DNA of 64,000 nucleotides from assembly GCA_965248535.1 (NCBI GenBank), contig CBDFJR010000002.1, positions 1,408,001 through 1,472,000 of the forward strand, in the 5' to 3' direction. Of the stretch, positions 1-10,345 are shown piece after piece. A program made the translations under genes and the position numbers. Positions within the stretch are counted from its first letter, which is position 1. Every line of letters starts with the position of its first letter. The notes beneath the pieces were generated by a model. It was not told where the DNA came from and searched no databases. It worked only from the letters and a program-made list of their open reading frames with translations. This stretch comes from Phormidesmis sp. (GTDB lineage Bacteria > Cyanobacteriota > Cyanobacteriia > Leptolyngbyales > Leptolyngbyaceae).

Positions 1-1302
1 CGCTTAGAGCGGCTCGATCGTGAACTGGCAGACCTCAAAGAAGAACAAAGTCACTTGAGTGCTCAGTGGCAGGCTGAGAAGAGTGGCAGAGACCAGATCA
101 AGGAGTTGAAGGAAGAGATCGATCGGATCAACCTTGAAATTGAGCAGGCAGAACGTGATTATGACCTCAATAAAGCGGCTGAATTGAAGTATGGGACTCT
201 CACCGATTTAAATCGCCGACTTCAAGAAGCAGAAGCTCAAACGGCTCAAACTAAGAAAAGTGGTTCGTCTCTGCTGCGCGAAGAGGTCACCGAAGCGGAT
301 ATTGCTGAGATCATCTCAAAGTGGACGGGCATTCCTCTCAGCAAGCTGGTTGAGTCGGAAATGCAAAAGCTGCTGCACTTAGAAGACGAACTGCATAACC
401 GTGTGGTGGGTCAAGATGAAGCGGTGACGGCCGTGGCGGATGCGATTCAGCGATCGCGGGCCGGCCTTGCTGATCCCAATCGACCAACGGCGAGTTTCAT
501 CTTCTTAGGGCCCACGGGTGTAGGCAAAACTGAACTTGCAAAAGCCCTAGCCGTCTACCTCTTTGACACCGAGGAATCGATGGTGCGAATCGATATGTCG
601 GAGTATATGGAGAAGCATTCTGTCTCTCGTCTGATCGGTGCGCCTCCGGGCTATGTCGGCTATGAAGAAGGCGGACAGTTGACAGAGGCGGTGCGTCGTC
701 GTCCGTTCTCGGTGATTTTGTTTGACGAAATTGAGAAAGCGCACCCGGATGTGTTTAACGTCATGCTGCAAATTCTCGACGATGGGCGCGTCACAGATTC
801 TCAGGGTCGTCGGGTGGATTTTAAAAACTCCATCATCATCATGACCAGCAATATCGGGTCGCAATATATTTTGGATCTGGCTGGCGATGACACGCAATAT
901 GAAGAGATGCGATCGCGGGTGATGGATGCGATGCGATCGAGCTTCCGTCCTGAGTTTCTCAACCGCATTGACGAAATCATCATCTTCCACAGTTTGAACA
1001 AAGCTGAGTTGCGCGAGATTGTCAAACTGCAAGTGCAACGGCTTGAGAAGCGACTGGCAGACCGGAAGATGTCGCTCAAACTGTCTGACTCGGCGCTAGA
1101 TTTCTTAGCAGAGGTGGGCTTTGACCCAGTGTTTGGAGCGCGTCCGCTTAAGCGGGCGATTCAGCGCGAGTTAGAGACTCAGATCGCTAAGTCAATTTTG
1201 CGAAGTGAGTTTAACGAGGGCGACACGATCTTTGTCGATGTTGGTGAAACCGAGCGGTTAGAGTTTCGGCGCTTGCCGTCTGAAGTGTTGACCACTCAGT
1301 AA
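1..1302 (+). CDS. clpB: ClpB chaperone, C-terminal part (gene begins before the window)
   Basis: Open frame from base 1; coiled-coil M domain, second AAA+ Walker [40 protein letters not shown]. Confidence 0.97.
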   Translation, partial: RLERLDRELADLKEEQSHLSAQWQAEKSGRDQIKELKEEIDRINLEIEQAERDYDLNKAAELKYGTLTDLNRRLQEAEAQTAQTKKSGSSLLREEVTEADIAEIISKWTGIPLSKLVESEMQKLLHLEDELHNRVVGQDEAVTAVADAIQRSRAGLADPNRPTASFIFLGPTGVGKTELAKALAVYLFDTEESMVRIDMSEYMEKHSVSRLIGAPPGYVGYEEGGQLTEAVRRRPFSVILFDEIEKAHPDVFNVMLQILDDGRVTDSQGRRVDFKNSIIIMTSNIGSQYILDLAGDDTQYEEMRSRVMDAMRSSFRPEFLNRIDEIIIFHSLNKAELREIVKLQVQRLEKRLADRKMSLKLSDSALDFLAEVGFDPVFGARPLKRAIQRELETQIAKSILRSEFNEGDTIFVDVGETERLEFRRLPSEVLTTQ

Positions 1303-1312
1303 TATAGGGTTG

Positions 1313-1338
1313 AGGGTAGGCAAAGTCCTGCCCTTTTT
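1313..1338 (+). terminator. Probable intrinsic terminator after clpB
   Basis: agggtagg-caaagt-cctgccct hairpin followed by a T run. Confidence 0.55.
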
Positions 1339-1370
1339 GTTGATACCTGATCCCGATCGCTTCGACCTTC

Positions 1371-2363
1371 ATGCCGCAAACCCTATCTTTTGAAGAATTT
1401 CTCAACGCTCCTGGAATCATTTTGGATGCTAGAAGTCCGGCTGAATATGCTCAAGGGCACATTCCCCAAGCCGTCAGCTTTCCCCTGTTTAGCGACGACG
1501 AACGGGCACAGGTTGGCACTTGCTATAAGCAACAGGGCAGAGAGGTCGCGATCGAGCTTGGCTTAACACTCGTCGGTTCAAAACTGGCTCAGTTTGTGCA
1601 GACTGCTAAAAAACTGTCGCCCGATCGCCGAGTTCGGCTCCACTGCTGGCGCGGCGGAATGCGAAGCAGTAGTTTAGCGTGGCTCCTTGAGACGGCAGGA
1701 ATGGAGGTTTCTTTGCTGGAAGGGGGATACAAAGCATTTCGGCAGTGGGTGCGATCGACGTTGGCAACTCCGCAAGCGATCGTGACTCTGGGCGGCATGA
1801 CGGGCACCGGGAAAACTATTCTGCTCAACGCTTTGGCAGATCGAGGCGAGCAGATTCTTGACTTAGAGCATCTGGCCAATCATCGCGGCAGCAGCTATGG
1901 CAGTTTGGGTCTACCGCCGCAGCCAAGCAATGAGCACTATGAAAATCTGCTGGCGATGCAGTGGGTGAAGCTCGATCGTCACCGTCCCGTGTGGATCGAA
2001 GCCGAAAGCCGTCGCGTCGGATCGTGTCGCGTGCCCGATGAGATTTTTTCGCAGATGATTGAGTCGCCTGTGGTGCAGGTTGAGCGATCGCGCCTCGAAC
2101 GCATCAATCTGTTGCGAGAAGTCTATGGCTCGGCTGACTCTGAAGAACTGATTGCGGCAACTGAGCGAATCAGCAAAAAGCTGGGCGGACAGAATGCACA
2201 GGCAGCGATCGCTTATATCCGTCAGGGTAACTTAGCACCCGCTATTGACATCGTTCTGAACTATTACGATAAAAGCTATTTGTTTGATTTGAAGAAGCGA
2301 TCGGTTCCGATTTATCCAGTCGATGTCTCTGAATGTCTGTCGATGAAAGCGTCGATCGACTGA
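1371..2363 (+). CDS. selU: tRNA 2-selenouridine synthase (rhodanese + P-loop)
   Basis: DARSPAEY..GHIP, CWRGGMRS, GMTGTGKT, LDLEHLANHRGSSYG motifs. Confidence 0.93.
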   Translation: MPQTLSFEEFLNAPGIILDARSPAEYAQGHIPQAVSFPLFSDDERAQVGTCYKQQGREVAIELGLTLVGSKLAQFVQTAKKLSPDRRVRLHCWRGGMRSSSLAWLLETAGMEVSLLEGGYKAFRQWVRSTLATPQAIVTLGGMTGTGKTILLNALADRGEQILDLEHLANHRGSSYGSLGLPPQPSNEHYENLLAMQWVKLDRHRPVWIEAESRRVGSCRVPDEIFSQMIESPVVQVERSRLERINLLREVYGSADSEELIAATERISKKLGGQNAQAAIAYIRQGNLAPAIDIVLNYYDKSYLFDLKKRSVPIYPVDVSECLSMKASID

Positions 2364-2430
2364 TTGAAGCATCCAAAAAAATCTCTGTAGAAAATCAATC
2401 TGAATTCACACCAGAACTATTAATTAAGAG

Positions 2431-2808
2431 GTGACTATGGAGTTATCAATCAACCACGATCGCTTGCGAATTGATCTCAACTTTTGGGAGCGAATCTGGG
2501 CGTTTTTCTTTAATCAAACGCTTGATATTCCGCTTAATCATATTCGTCAAGTCACGATCGCCAAGCCTGAAATTGACTGGAAAGCGGTGCGATTGCCTGG
2601 CACATTTGTCCCCGGTGTGATCAAAGCGGGCACCTATTACACCAGTCAAGGGCGAGAGTTCTGGATTGTTACTCGTGACGAAGATTATTTAACCCTTGAA
2701 CTCAACGACGAGTTTTATAAGAGGATTGTTTTGACGATCGAGCAGAGTCAGATGTGGCACGATCGGATTAACCAAGAGAAGGGCACGATCGAGCAAGTCA
2801 ATCACTAG
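2431..2808 (+). CDS. Hypothetical protein
   Basis: Clean 125-aa ORF with RLPGTFVPGVIKAGTYY segment; function not recognised. Confidence 0.7.
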   Translation: MTMELSINHDRLRIDLNFWERIWAFFFNQTLDIPLNHIRQVTIAKPEIDWKAVRLPGTFVPGVIKAGTYYTSQGREFWIVTRDEDYLTLELNDEFYKRIVLTIEQSQMWHDRINQEKGTIEQVNH

Positions 2809-2869
2809 TTGTGTGGTGTCAGGGATCAGTGATTTCTGGAGTTGTGATGGATGGATAGGCGATCGTGAC

Positions 2870-3141
2870 ACTAACAATGACTCTTTTGATCTCAAGCTTG
2901 ACTCTCTAACACTCAATAATGACTCTCGAATACTCGACGATGACTTTCTGACACTCAAGCTTGATTCTCGAATACTCAATGATGACTTTCTGACACTCAA
3001 TGATGATTCTCGAATACTCGACGATCACTCTCGAATACTCAACGATCACTCTTTCTATCCCAAGCTTAACTCCTTTGATCTCAATGACAACTCTTTTGAT
3101 CTCAAGCTTGACTCTCGGATATTCAATGATGACTCTTTGAT
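2870..3141. repeat. Degenerate 21-bp tandem repeat, ~13 units (ctcaaNNNtgactctcgaata-like)
   Basis: 21-nt periodicity is directly visible; gives heptad ORFs on both strands. Confidence 0.9.
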
Positions 3142-3325
3142 AAGTAGAGAGGCTCAATTAAACATAAAACGTCGAAAAAGACCCTCACCCCAGCCCTCTC
3201 CCAAGCTGAGAGAGGAAGCAAGAGGCCGGTTCCCCTTCCCCTATTTTGAGAGAAGTGGTTAAGTGATGGGGGTCTTCAATTTAATTGCTCCCACCTACTT
3301 AAAGACTGCATTTTTTGCCCTGGGA

Positions 3326-3631
3326 ATGAGTAACGAAAATCCAAAGATGCGTGAGTTTTTAATTAACTGCCTTGATGATGACTGGGCGATAGATTACAGG
3401 CAGTGGTCAAGAGCATTTCATCCTAACTCGATCGCCTTTAGAAATCTGCCAGGAACCCAACATCGTATAGAGATTAATGGAGTTTCCATTTACTTTGCTC
3501 ATGAATGTCCTGGGATTCATGTCTGTGTTGAAGGTGAGCTATCAAATGTAATTACATACCAAATTATGGAAGAGGTGTTGAGCAACCTACAGCAATTGAC
3601 AGGACAACAAGGTCAAATTATCGAGCTTTGA
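3326..3631 (+). CDS. Hypothetical protein
   Basis: ORF track 3263..3631; internal ATG at 3326 is a more plausible start. Confidence 0.45.
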   Translation: MSNENPKMREFLINCLDDDWAIDYRQWSRAFHPNSIAFRNLPGTQHRIEINGVSIYFAHECPGIHVCVEGELSNVITYQIMEEVLSNLQQLTGQQGQIIEL

Positions 3632-3720
3632 CCCACCAGTCTATACATCTTGTCAAAGCAGCATATCTTTGATAGCGTCCTGTTAAACTGCAAGTAAGAT
3701 TCAGTAGATTATGTGGACTC

Positions 3721-3948
3721 ATGAGGTCGATCGAAGAGCTAACTGAGGAACTTTTGTCTCTACCCAATGCGTATAGGGCGCTTCTAGCCGAGAAGCTGGT
3801 AGAAAGCTTGGAATTTGACCCTGATCCCTCAATTCAGGAGGCGTGGACAGCAGAGGCAAAGCAGCGACGCGATGAAGTGATAAACGGGAATATCCAACCT
3901 ATTGCCGGAGAAGATGCCTTAGCTCAAATGAGGCAGATCCTTAAGTAA
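3721..3948 (+). CDS. Putative addiction-module antitoxin component
   Basis: LSLP..RALLAEKLVESL...AW..EA..R..E pattern typical of small addiction-module proteins; no intact toxin ORF follows. Confidence 0.75.
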   Translation: MRSIEELTEELLSLPNAYRALLAEKLVESLEFDPDPSIQEAWTAEAKQRRDEVINGNIQPIAGEDALAQMRQILK

Positions 3949-3976
3949 ACTCCTGAAAGCTATGGCCTAATCGAGG

Positions 3977-4020
3977 ATAACTTTGACACTCTTTAGAAAA
4001 TAACTTTGACACTCTTTAGA
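3977..4020. repeat. Direct duplication of the 21-mer ataactttgacactctttaga
   Basis: Copies at 3977-3997 and 4000-4020. Confidence 0.9.
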
Positions 4021-4052
4021 GACTAATAGACCTCCTACACGAATCCGGGAAC

Positions 4053-4090
4053 GCCCCCCTAAATCCCCCAGAATGGGGGATTTAGGGGGC
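4053..4090. repeat. Cyanobacterial palindromic dispersed repeat
   Basis: ccccctaaatccccc-agaat-gggggatttaggggg inverted repeat. Confidence 0.75.
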
Positions 4091-4161
4091 ACCAGCCGAC
4101 CTTAACGTAGCGCGATCGCAGAGCACTTTGTCCCTAGAATTCTATTCATGCAGGAAGTCTG

Positions 4162-4917
4162 ATGACTCAACAAACCTGGAATCCAGAACGCTATGCCAAG
4201 AATGCTCGGTTTGTCTCTGACCTAGGCGAACCGCTTCTTGATTTACTGCAACTGGTGCCTGGCGAGAAAGTTCTTGATCTTGGCTGTGGAGACGGAGCGC
4301 TAACCGAAAAACTGGCGGCCGCAGGGGGGCTAGTCTTAGGAGTCGATGCCAGCGTTGACCAAGTGCAGGCGACTCGTCAGCGCGGACTGGATGCGGAAGT
4401 CTTCGCGGCCGAAGATCTGCCCTTTGTTGAGGAGTTTGACGCGGTTTTCAGCAATGCCGTTTTGCATTGGGTTAGAGATCAGCCGATGGCACTGGCTAAA
4501 ATCTACCGATCGCTACTCCCAAACGGGCGATTTGTCGCCGAAATGGGTGGATTTGGGTGTGTGGCAACGATTCGTAACGCCCTTCACGAATCACTCCGCG
4601 ATCGTGGCATTGACCCCCAAGACTACGATCCCTGGTTTTTCCCAACCGTCGATCAATATCGCGTTCTTTTAGAAGATCAGGGCTTTGAAATCGATTCGAT
4701 CGTGCTCTTTCCCCGACCAACACCTTTGCCGGGTGATCTCTCCGGGTGGCTCGAAACCTTTGCCCAGCCATTTCTTCGGGCGCTTCCGTCAGAGGATTGG
4801 CAGACTTGCATTGAAGAAGTGCGCGATCGCGCCTATCCCACCCTCTTTCACAGCGATCAAGGCTGGGTTGCTGACTACACTCGATTGAGATTTCGAGCTA
4901 TTCGGCAGGCGGCTTAA
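4162..4917 (+). CDS. Class I SAM-dependent methyltransferase
   Basis: VLDLGCGDG and FDAVFSNAVLHW motifs. Confidence 0.9.
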   Translation: MTQQTWNPERYAKNARFVSDLGEPLLDLLQLVPGEKVLDLGCGDGALTEKLAAAGGLVLGVDASVDQVQATRQRGLDAEVFAAEDLPFVEEFDAVFSNAVLHWVRDQPMALAKIYRSLLPNGRFVAEMGGFGCVATIRNALHESLRDRGIDPQDYDPWFFPTVDQYRVLLEDQGFEIDSIVLFPRPTPLPGDLSGWLETFAQPFLRALPSEDWQTCIEEVRDRAYPTLFHSDQGWVADYTRLRFRAIRQAA

Positions 4918-5308
4918 TCGGTTGAATATCGAGTTCTAGAAACCCAGTTTGGGGATCGGGCGATCGTGAAAAAATCAGATCCTCACACTCTCCGATCACA
5001 ATCTCGGCAGTCGTGTAGATAATGCTGCCGTTGTCCAAGTGTCCCCCGATCGTGCGCCCGGCTGAGTCAGCGATCGCAATATGCAAATGCAGCCCCTTCA
5101 CCGACAGCGTGCCATTGAGCGAGAGAATCTCAAATCTTCCGGGCAAAAGCTGACTCGTTGGCTGATCAGCAAATCGGATGGCGGCTTGTTTGAGACTCCC
5201 GATCGCCGACAGCACAAACCCGGCTTGAATCTCATTCTCAAGCGCAAATTCCTTGAGACTTTGACGTAAATCCCGATCGGGCTTCAGCCGCAACGCAAAG
5301 ACTTTCAT
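4898..5308 (-). CDS. PPC/DUF296 domain protein
   Basis: FALRLKP, IGSL, FEILSLNGT, HLHIAIAD, GGHL, TTAEIVI motifs; ATG at 5308. Confidence 0.88.
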   Translation of the reverse strand: MKVFALRLKPDRDLRQSLKEFALENEIQAGFVLSAIGSLKQAAIRFADQPTSQLLPGRFEILSLNGTLSVKGLHLHIAIADSAGRTIGGHLDNGSIIYTTAEIVIGECEDLIFSRSPDPQTGFLELDIQPIKPPAE

Positions 5309-5337
5309 AGTTACTAATTGAGATCCCCGGATTCTTG

Positions 5338-5946
5338 CTACGACTTTCCACAAATGACTCGCCGCATCTGCTTAAGATTAGTCGGCAAATCAAACTGAAT
5401 CGCCTGCTCAATCAGCACCCCCGGAATCGGAATCGTCGGAGTCGCCTGCACCGAATAGGTCAAAATCGTGCCATCTCCACAAGCTTGAAGCTGCAAATCG
5501 GCGCTAAAATCGCGAAAACTTCCCGACTCAAAATAGAACTGAATGCGCTGATGTTGGGTCTCTAAAACTTTGAGATGAATCTCAACCTGCGCCGTGAGAA
5601 ACAAAAAGGCTCGGCTGGCTTTTTGATAAATGCGCTTGACCTGCTGCTTAAGCACCGTTGCGCTAGTAGAGCCATTTGGGTCAGAGTGCACCACTTCGCT
5701 GCGGGTGATATCAGGAAAAAACAGCGTCCAGCGCGGATAATCAGTCAACTGCTGCCAGACTTGAGTCGGAGAGACAGGCAAATACATCTGGGCGGTGACA
5801 GCCCCTCCCCAAGCGGTGTAAGCGCGAGTTTTAAGCAGAATTTCACCATTGATCAAAGAAGTGCGCTGAGAGTCACGAATCTCTGGAACGAAGGACACAG
5901 CCTCTGTAGATCTCTGAGATAGATGGGGTTTTGTCGATGCAGTCAT
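5338..5946 (-). CDS. SRPBCC/polyketide cyclase-like protein
   Basis: VWQQLTDYPRW..FFPDI START-fold signature. Confidence 0.8.
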   Translation of the reverse strand: MTASTKPHLSQRSTEAVSFVPEIRDSQRTSLINGEILLKTRAYTAWGGAVTAQMYLPVSPTQVWQQLTDYPRWTLFFPDITRSEVVHSDPNGSTSATVLKQQVKRIYQKASRAFLFLTAQVEIHLKVLETQHQRIQFYFESGSFRDFSADLQLQACGDGTILTYSVQATPTIPIPGVLIEQAIQFDLPTNLKQMRRVICGKS

Positions 5947-6563
5947 CTTGATTTAGCACTCCTCAACGAAGGTCATTGGGCGATTGGATCAAGGGTGCAA
6001 ACCATCGACGAAAATTGTAACGAGTCGTCGATCGTGCCCCTACCAACGCTAAGTTATCAATATAATTAACACCTTGACATAAAAATCTGCCGTTTTCTGA
6101 TGAAGATTTAGATAAATCTACTCATGACAAGAGACTTAAAACCATCACCGTTGTGTGTAAAAAACTATGAGCAAGTCATCTAACTCGCGAGTTATCGTCT
6201 TTCTAGGAGTCCTTGGGCTAACGGCTCTGATGTGGCTGCTGAGAGGCATAGGATTCCTCACCTTTATTCCTGGATTTGTCTTGTGGACGTTAATTTTACT
6301 GACGATCGTGCTGGCGATCGTCAACGGGCTAATTGAGACCAGATAATCGTTAAATCGCTCCCCATTATCCCTATTAAGGGTTATTCTCTTGACTCAAAAA
6401 CCGGGCTTCTAACCCCAAAGCATGAGCCGATTAATGACTGTTTTCTGGCTTCAAACCCATCCTCAGATGGATTGTTATAGAGGCGGTAATCGAGATAATA
6501 ACAACTACTTAGTTAGGGAATTCTAGCTAGTTATTGAAATCTTTATTTTGAAATTTCTGCACT

Positions 6564-6995
6564 ATGAATCTTGAAAGCCAAACCCGTGGACAGCTAGAGC
6601 GCATCCTCTCCCAGCGCATTCAAGCGCTTTATCGAACGCAGCTTGGGCAGCAACCTAGTCGAGTGCAGTGTCAAATTTTTGATGGCAAAGTAGTGATCAT
6701 TTTAGAAGATTCGATTACTAAAACTGAGCAAGTTTTGGTAGCCAATGGTCAAGAAGATTTAGCCGAGCAAGTCAGACAAGATCTCGATAAAGCCTTCAAT
6801 CCTCAACTGACAGATTTGATTCAAGAAGTGATGGGAATCGAAGTAATCGATGTTTTAACCGATGCCACCCTCAAAACTGGCAGAATGGGCACGATCGCCG
6901 TTTTAGCCGACACGCCCCAGTTTCGCGAGTCTCAAAACCCTCGCAGACTCAAGAGTGACCCAGAAGCGGAAGACCCCGATCATCCCGATAATTAA
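6564..6995 (+). CDS. DUF2294-like protein
   Basis: LSQRIQALY..QLG..P, TKTEQVL, TGRMG pattern. Confidence 0.75.
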   Translation: MNLESQTRGQLERILSQRIQALYRTQLGQQPSRVQCQIFDGKVVIILEDSITKTEQVLVANGQEDLAEQVRQDLDKAFNPQLTDLIQEVMGIEVIDVLTDATLKTGRMGTIAVLADTPQFRESQNPRRLKSDPEAEDPDHPDN

Positions 6996-7031
6996 ATATA
7001 TTGAGTTCAAGATCATCAGGAGCATAGGCTT

Positions 7032-8399
7032 ATGGCAATCGCCAGCACAAATCCAGCCACTGGAGAAGTTTTAAAAACGTTTGAGGCGTTGAGCGATCGC
7101 GATCTTGAAACCAAGCTTGACCACGCCCAGCAGACGTTTTTAGACTACCGAACGGTGCCAATGTCCCAAAAAGCCACTTGGCTAAATCGGGCGGCTGAGA
7201 TTTTAGACGCAGAGCGCGATCGCTTCGCCAAGACCATGACGCTAGAAATGGGAAAACCTCTCAAAGCGGCGATCTCCGAGGTCGAAAAATGTGCCTCAGT
7301 CTGTCGCTACTATGCTGAAAATGCTCCTCAGCTTTTGGCCGATGTGATCGTCAAAACCGACGCGAGTCACAGCTTTATTCGCTATCAGCCCTTGGGCATC
7401 GTTTTGGCGGTCATGCCGTGGAATTTTCCGTTTTGGCAGGTGTTTAGATTTGCGGCACCCGCCCTGATGGCAGGAAACGTGGGCTTGCTGAAACACGCCT
7501 CTAATGTGCCCCAGTCGGCTCTGGCGATCGAAGAAATTCTGCACCGGGCGGGCTTTCCGACGGGATCGTTTCAAACATTGCTGGTTGGCGCAGATAAGGT
7601 GGCGGCGATCGTGGCAGACGATCGGATCAAAGCCGCCACTTTAACAGGCAGCGAACCTGCGGGCATCAGTTTGGCCTCAACCGCCGGAAAACACCTTAAA
7701 AAAGTCGTACTGGAATTGGGGGGCAGCGATCCGTTTATTGTCATGCCCAGTGCAGATTTAGAGATGGCGGTCTCTATGGCGGTGACTGCCCGCATGATCA
7801 ACAATGGACAGTCTTGCATCGCGGCTAAACGATTTATTTTGGCAGAGACGATCGCTGATGAATTTATCGATCGCTTAGTCGAAAAATATCGCGCCCTCAA
7901 AATTGGTGACCCGCTCCTACCCGACACCGACATTGGCCCCCTCGCCACACCTGGGATTCTCAAAGATTTAGACCAACAGGTCAAAACCAGTATCCAGCAG
8001 GGGGCAAAAGTCTTGATCGGCGGTGAGCCGCTGGCCGATCGTCCGGGCAATTTTTATTCACCAACGATTTTGAGTGAGATTCCGGTGGGCTGCCTGGCAG
8101 AGCACGAAGAATTTTTTGGGCCCGTGGCGCTTCTGTTTCGAGTTCATGACATTGATGCCGCGATTCGGCGCGCTAATGATTCGCCGTTTGGCTTAGGCGC
8201 GAGTGCTTGGACGACTGATCTAAAAGAGCGCGATCGCTTCATCGCAGAAATCGAAGCAGGGTCAGTCTTTATCAACAGCATGGTCAAATCTGACGTGCGC
8301 TTGCCTTTTGGCGGCATCAAGCGATCGGGCTATGGTCGCGAGTTGGGCAAAGAAGGCATCCACGAGTTTGTTAATATCAAAACAATCTGGGAAAAATAG
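7032..8399 (+). CDS. gabD: NAD(P)-dependent succinate-semialdehyde dehydrogenase
   Basis: MPWNFP, LELGGSDP, GQSCIA, EEFFGP, PFGGIKRSGYGRE. Confidence 0.9.
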   Translation: MAIASTNPATGEVLKTFEALSDRDLETKLDHAQQTFLDYRTVPMSQKATWLNRAAEILDAERDRFAKTMTLEMGKPLKAAISEVEKCASVCRYYAENAPQLLADVIVKTDASHSFIRYQPLGIVLAVMPWNFPFWQVFRFAAPALMAGNVGLLKHASNVPQSALAIEEILHRAGFPTGSFQTLLVGADKVAAIVADDRIKAATLTGSEPAGISLASTAGKHLKKVVLELGGSDPFIVMPSADLEMAVSMAVTARMINNGQSCIAAKRFILAETIADEFIDRLVEKYRALKIGDPLLPDTDIGPLATPGILKDLDQQVKTSIQQGAKVLIGGEPLADRPGNFYSPTILSEIPVGCLAEHEEFFGPVALLFRVHDIDAAIRRANDSPFGLGASAWTTDLKERDRFIAEIEAGSVFINSMVKSDVRLPFGGIKRSGYGRELGKEGIHEFVNIKTIWEK

Positions 8400-8695
8400 A
8401 GCGGTGAATTCACCCTGAGGCTTAAGGTTTAGAGTTCTAGAGATCGGCTATAACTTGAGGGGGATCGATCATTCCCCCCTAAGATCATTGATTGGTCTAG
8501 TTAAAGCCTTTCTAGAAATCACATCCCCATAAAAACCCTGAAGTCAACTCCCATAACACCGATGCAGGTGGCTCTCTGAAGTCTCCCAGCTTTTGCTTGA
8601 GTGCTTAACAGCAAGGGAATTCAGGCTTCAGGCTTTTTTAAGAAACACCTTACATCACGACTTACCTTGAACCCCTTTCCCCGGAGGGCAGACCT

Positions 8696-10342
8696 ATGAG
8701 CGCAATGAACACGGCTGAACTATTGATTCGATGTCTAGAAAATGAGGGCGTAAAATACATTTTTGGGCTACCCGGAGAAGAAAATCTTCACGTTTTAGAA
8801 GCCCTGCAAAAGTCCTCAATTCAATTCATCACGACTCGTCACGAGCAGGGCGCGGCCTTTATGGCCGATGTCTATGGGCGCTTGACTGGGTGTGCAGGCG
8901 TGTGTCTCTCGACGCTGGGGCCAGGGGCAACTAATTTGATGACGGGGGTGGCAGACGCAAACCTCGATCGCGCCCCCCTTGTGGCCATTACGGGGCAAGT
9001 GGGCACCGATCGGATGCACATTGAGTCTCATCAATATCTCGATCTAGTGGCGATGTTTGCCCCGGTCACCAAGTGGAACGCTCAGATCGTTCGCCCTAGC
9101 AACACGTCAGAGATTGTCCGGCGAGCGTTTAAGATAGCTCAGACCGAAAACCCCGGTGCCGTTCACATTGATTTGCCTGAAAATATCGCTGCCATGTCGG
9201 TCGAAGGTCAGCCCTTAATGACGGGCGAGATCGAAAAAACCTACGCCTCGTTTCGCAGCATTGAGAAAGCGGCGATCGCCATTGCTGCCGCCAAAAATCC
9301 CTTAATTCTGGTAGGAAACGGGGCGATTCGCGATCGCGCCAGCGAGATGGTGACTAAATTTGCCACTCAACTCAACATTCCCGTTGCCAACACGTTTATG
9401 GGCAAAGGCGTGATTCCCTACACCCATCCCCTAGCGCTGTGGGCGGTTGGCTTGCAGCAGCGTGACTATATTAGCTGTGGCTTTGATCAAGCAGATTTGG
9501 TGATCGCGATCGGCTATGACCTGATTGAATATTCGCCCAAAAAGTGGAACCCCAAAGCCGATATCCCGATCGTGCATATCAGCGTCACCCCGGCTGAGAT
9601 TGACAGCAGCTATATTCCGATCGCTGAGGTGGTCGGCGATATCTCAGATGCGCTGCAAGAAATTTTGCATCGCGCCAATCGTGAAGGCAAACCTGAACCC
9701 TATGCCCTAGAGCTTCGGGCAGAAATTAGGGCCGACTATGCTCAATATGCTGACGATGAGGGCTTTCCCATCAAGCCACAAAAGCTGATCTATGATCTGC
9801 GGCAGGTGATGGGCCCTGACGACATCGTGATCTCAGATGTGGGAGCGCACAAGATGTGGATGGCGCGTCACTATCACTGTCATCGCCCCAACACTTGCAT
9901 TATTTCTAACGGGTTTGCGGCCATGGGCATTGCGATTCCGGGCGCGATCGCTGCCAAACTCGTGCATCCTCAACACAAAGTGGTGGCAGTCACGGGCGAC
10001 GGGGGCTTTATGATGAACTGTCAAGAATTAGAAACCGCCCTCAGAATCGGCACAGCTTTCGTGACGATTATTTTCAACGATGGCGGCTATGGACTGATCG
10101 AGTGGAAACAAGAAAATCAGTTCGGGCATTCTTCATTCATTAAATTCACCAACCCCGATTTTGTCAAATTTGCTGAGAGCATGGGTCTCAAGGGTTATCG
10201 AATCAACTCCTGTGCAGACTTAATTCCTACTCTAAAAGAAGCCTTGGCCCAAGATGTTCCGGCGGTGATTGACTGCCCGATCGACTATCGAGAAAATCTC
10301 CGCTTTACCCAACGCGCTGGTGATTTAAGCTGCACAATTTAG
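8696..10342 (+). CDS. ThDP-dependent acetolactate-synthase-like enzyme, probably 2-oxoglutarate decarboxylase
   Basis: TRHEQGA, GDGGF...ND ThDP motif; adjacent to SSADH as in the cyanobacterial TCA bypass. Confidence 0.82.
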   Translation: MSAMNTAELLIRCLENEGVKYIFGLPGEENLHVLEALQKSSIQFITTRHEQGAAFMADVYGRLTGCAGVCLSTLGPGATNLMTGVADANLDRAPLVAITGQVGTDRMHIESHQYLDLVAMFAPVTKWNAQIVRPSNTSEIVRRAFKIAQTENPGAVHIDLPENIAAMSVEGQPLMTGEIEKTYASFRSIEKAAIAIAAAKNPLILVGNGAIRDRASEMVTKFATQLNIPVANTFMGKGVIPYTHPLALWAVGLQQRDYISCGFDQADLVIAIGYDLIEYSPKKWNPKADIPIVHISVTPAEIDSSYIPIAEVVGDISDALQEILHRANREGKPEPYALELRAEIRADYAQYADDEGFPIKPQKLIYDLRQVMGPDDIVISDVGAHKMWMARHYHCHRPNTCIISNGFAAMGIAIPGAIAAKLVHPQHKVVAVTGDGGFMMNCQELETALRIGTAFVTIIFNDGGYGLIEWKQENQFGHSSFIKFTNPDFVKFAESMGLKGYRINSCADLIPTLKEALAQDVPAVIDCPIDYRENLRFTQRAGDLSCTI

Positions 10343-10345
10343 CCG

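Noticed and set aside
2870..3141. Possible CRISPR array
   Set aside because: Contiguous 21-bp units with no unique spacers
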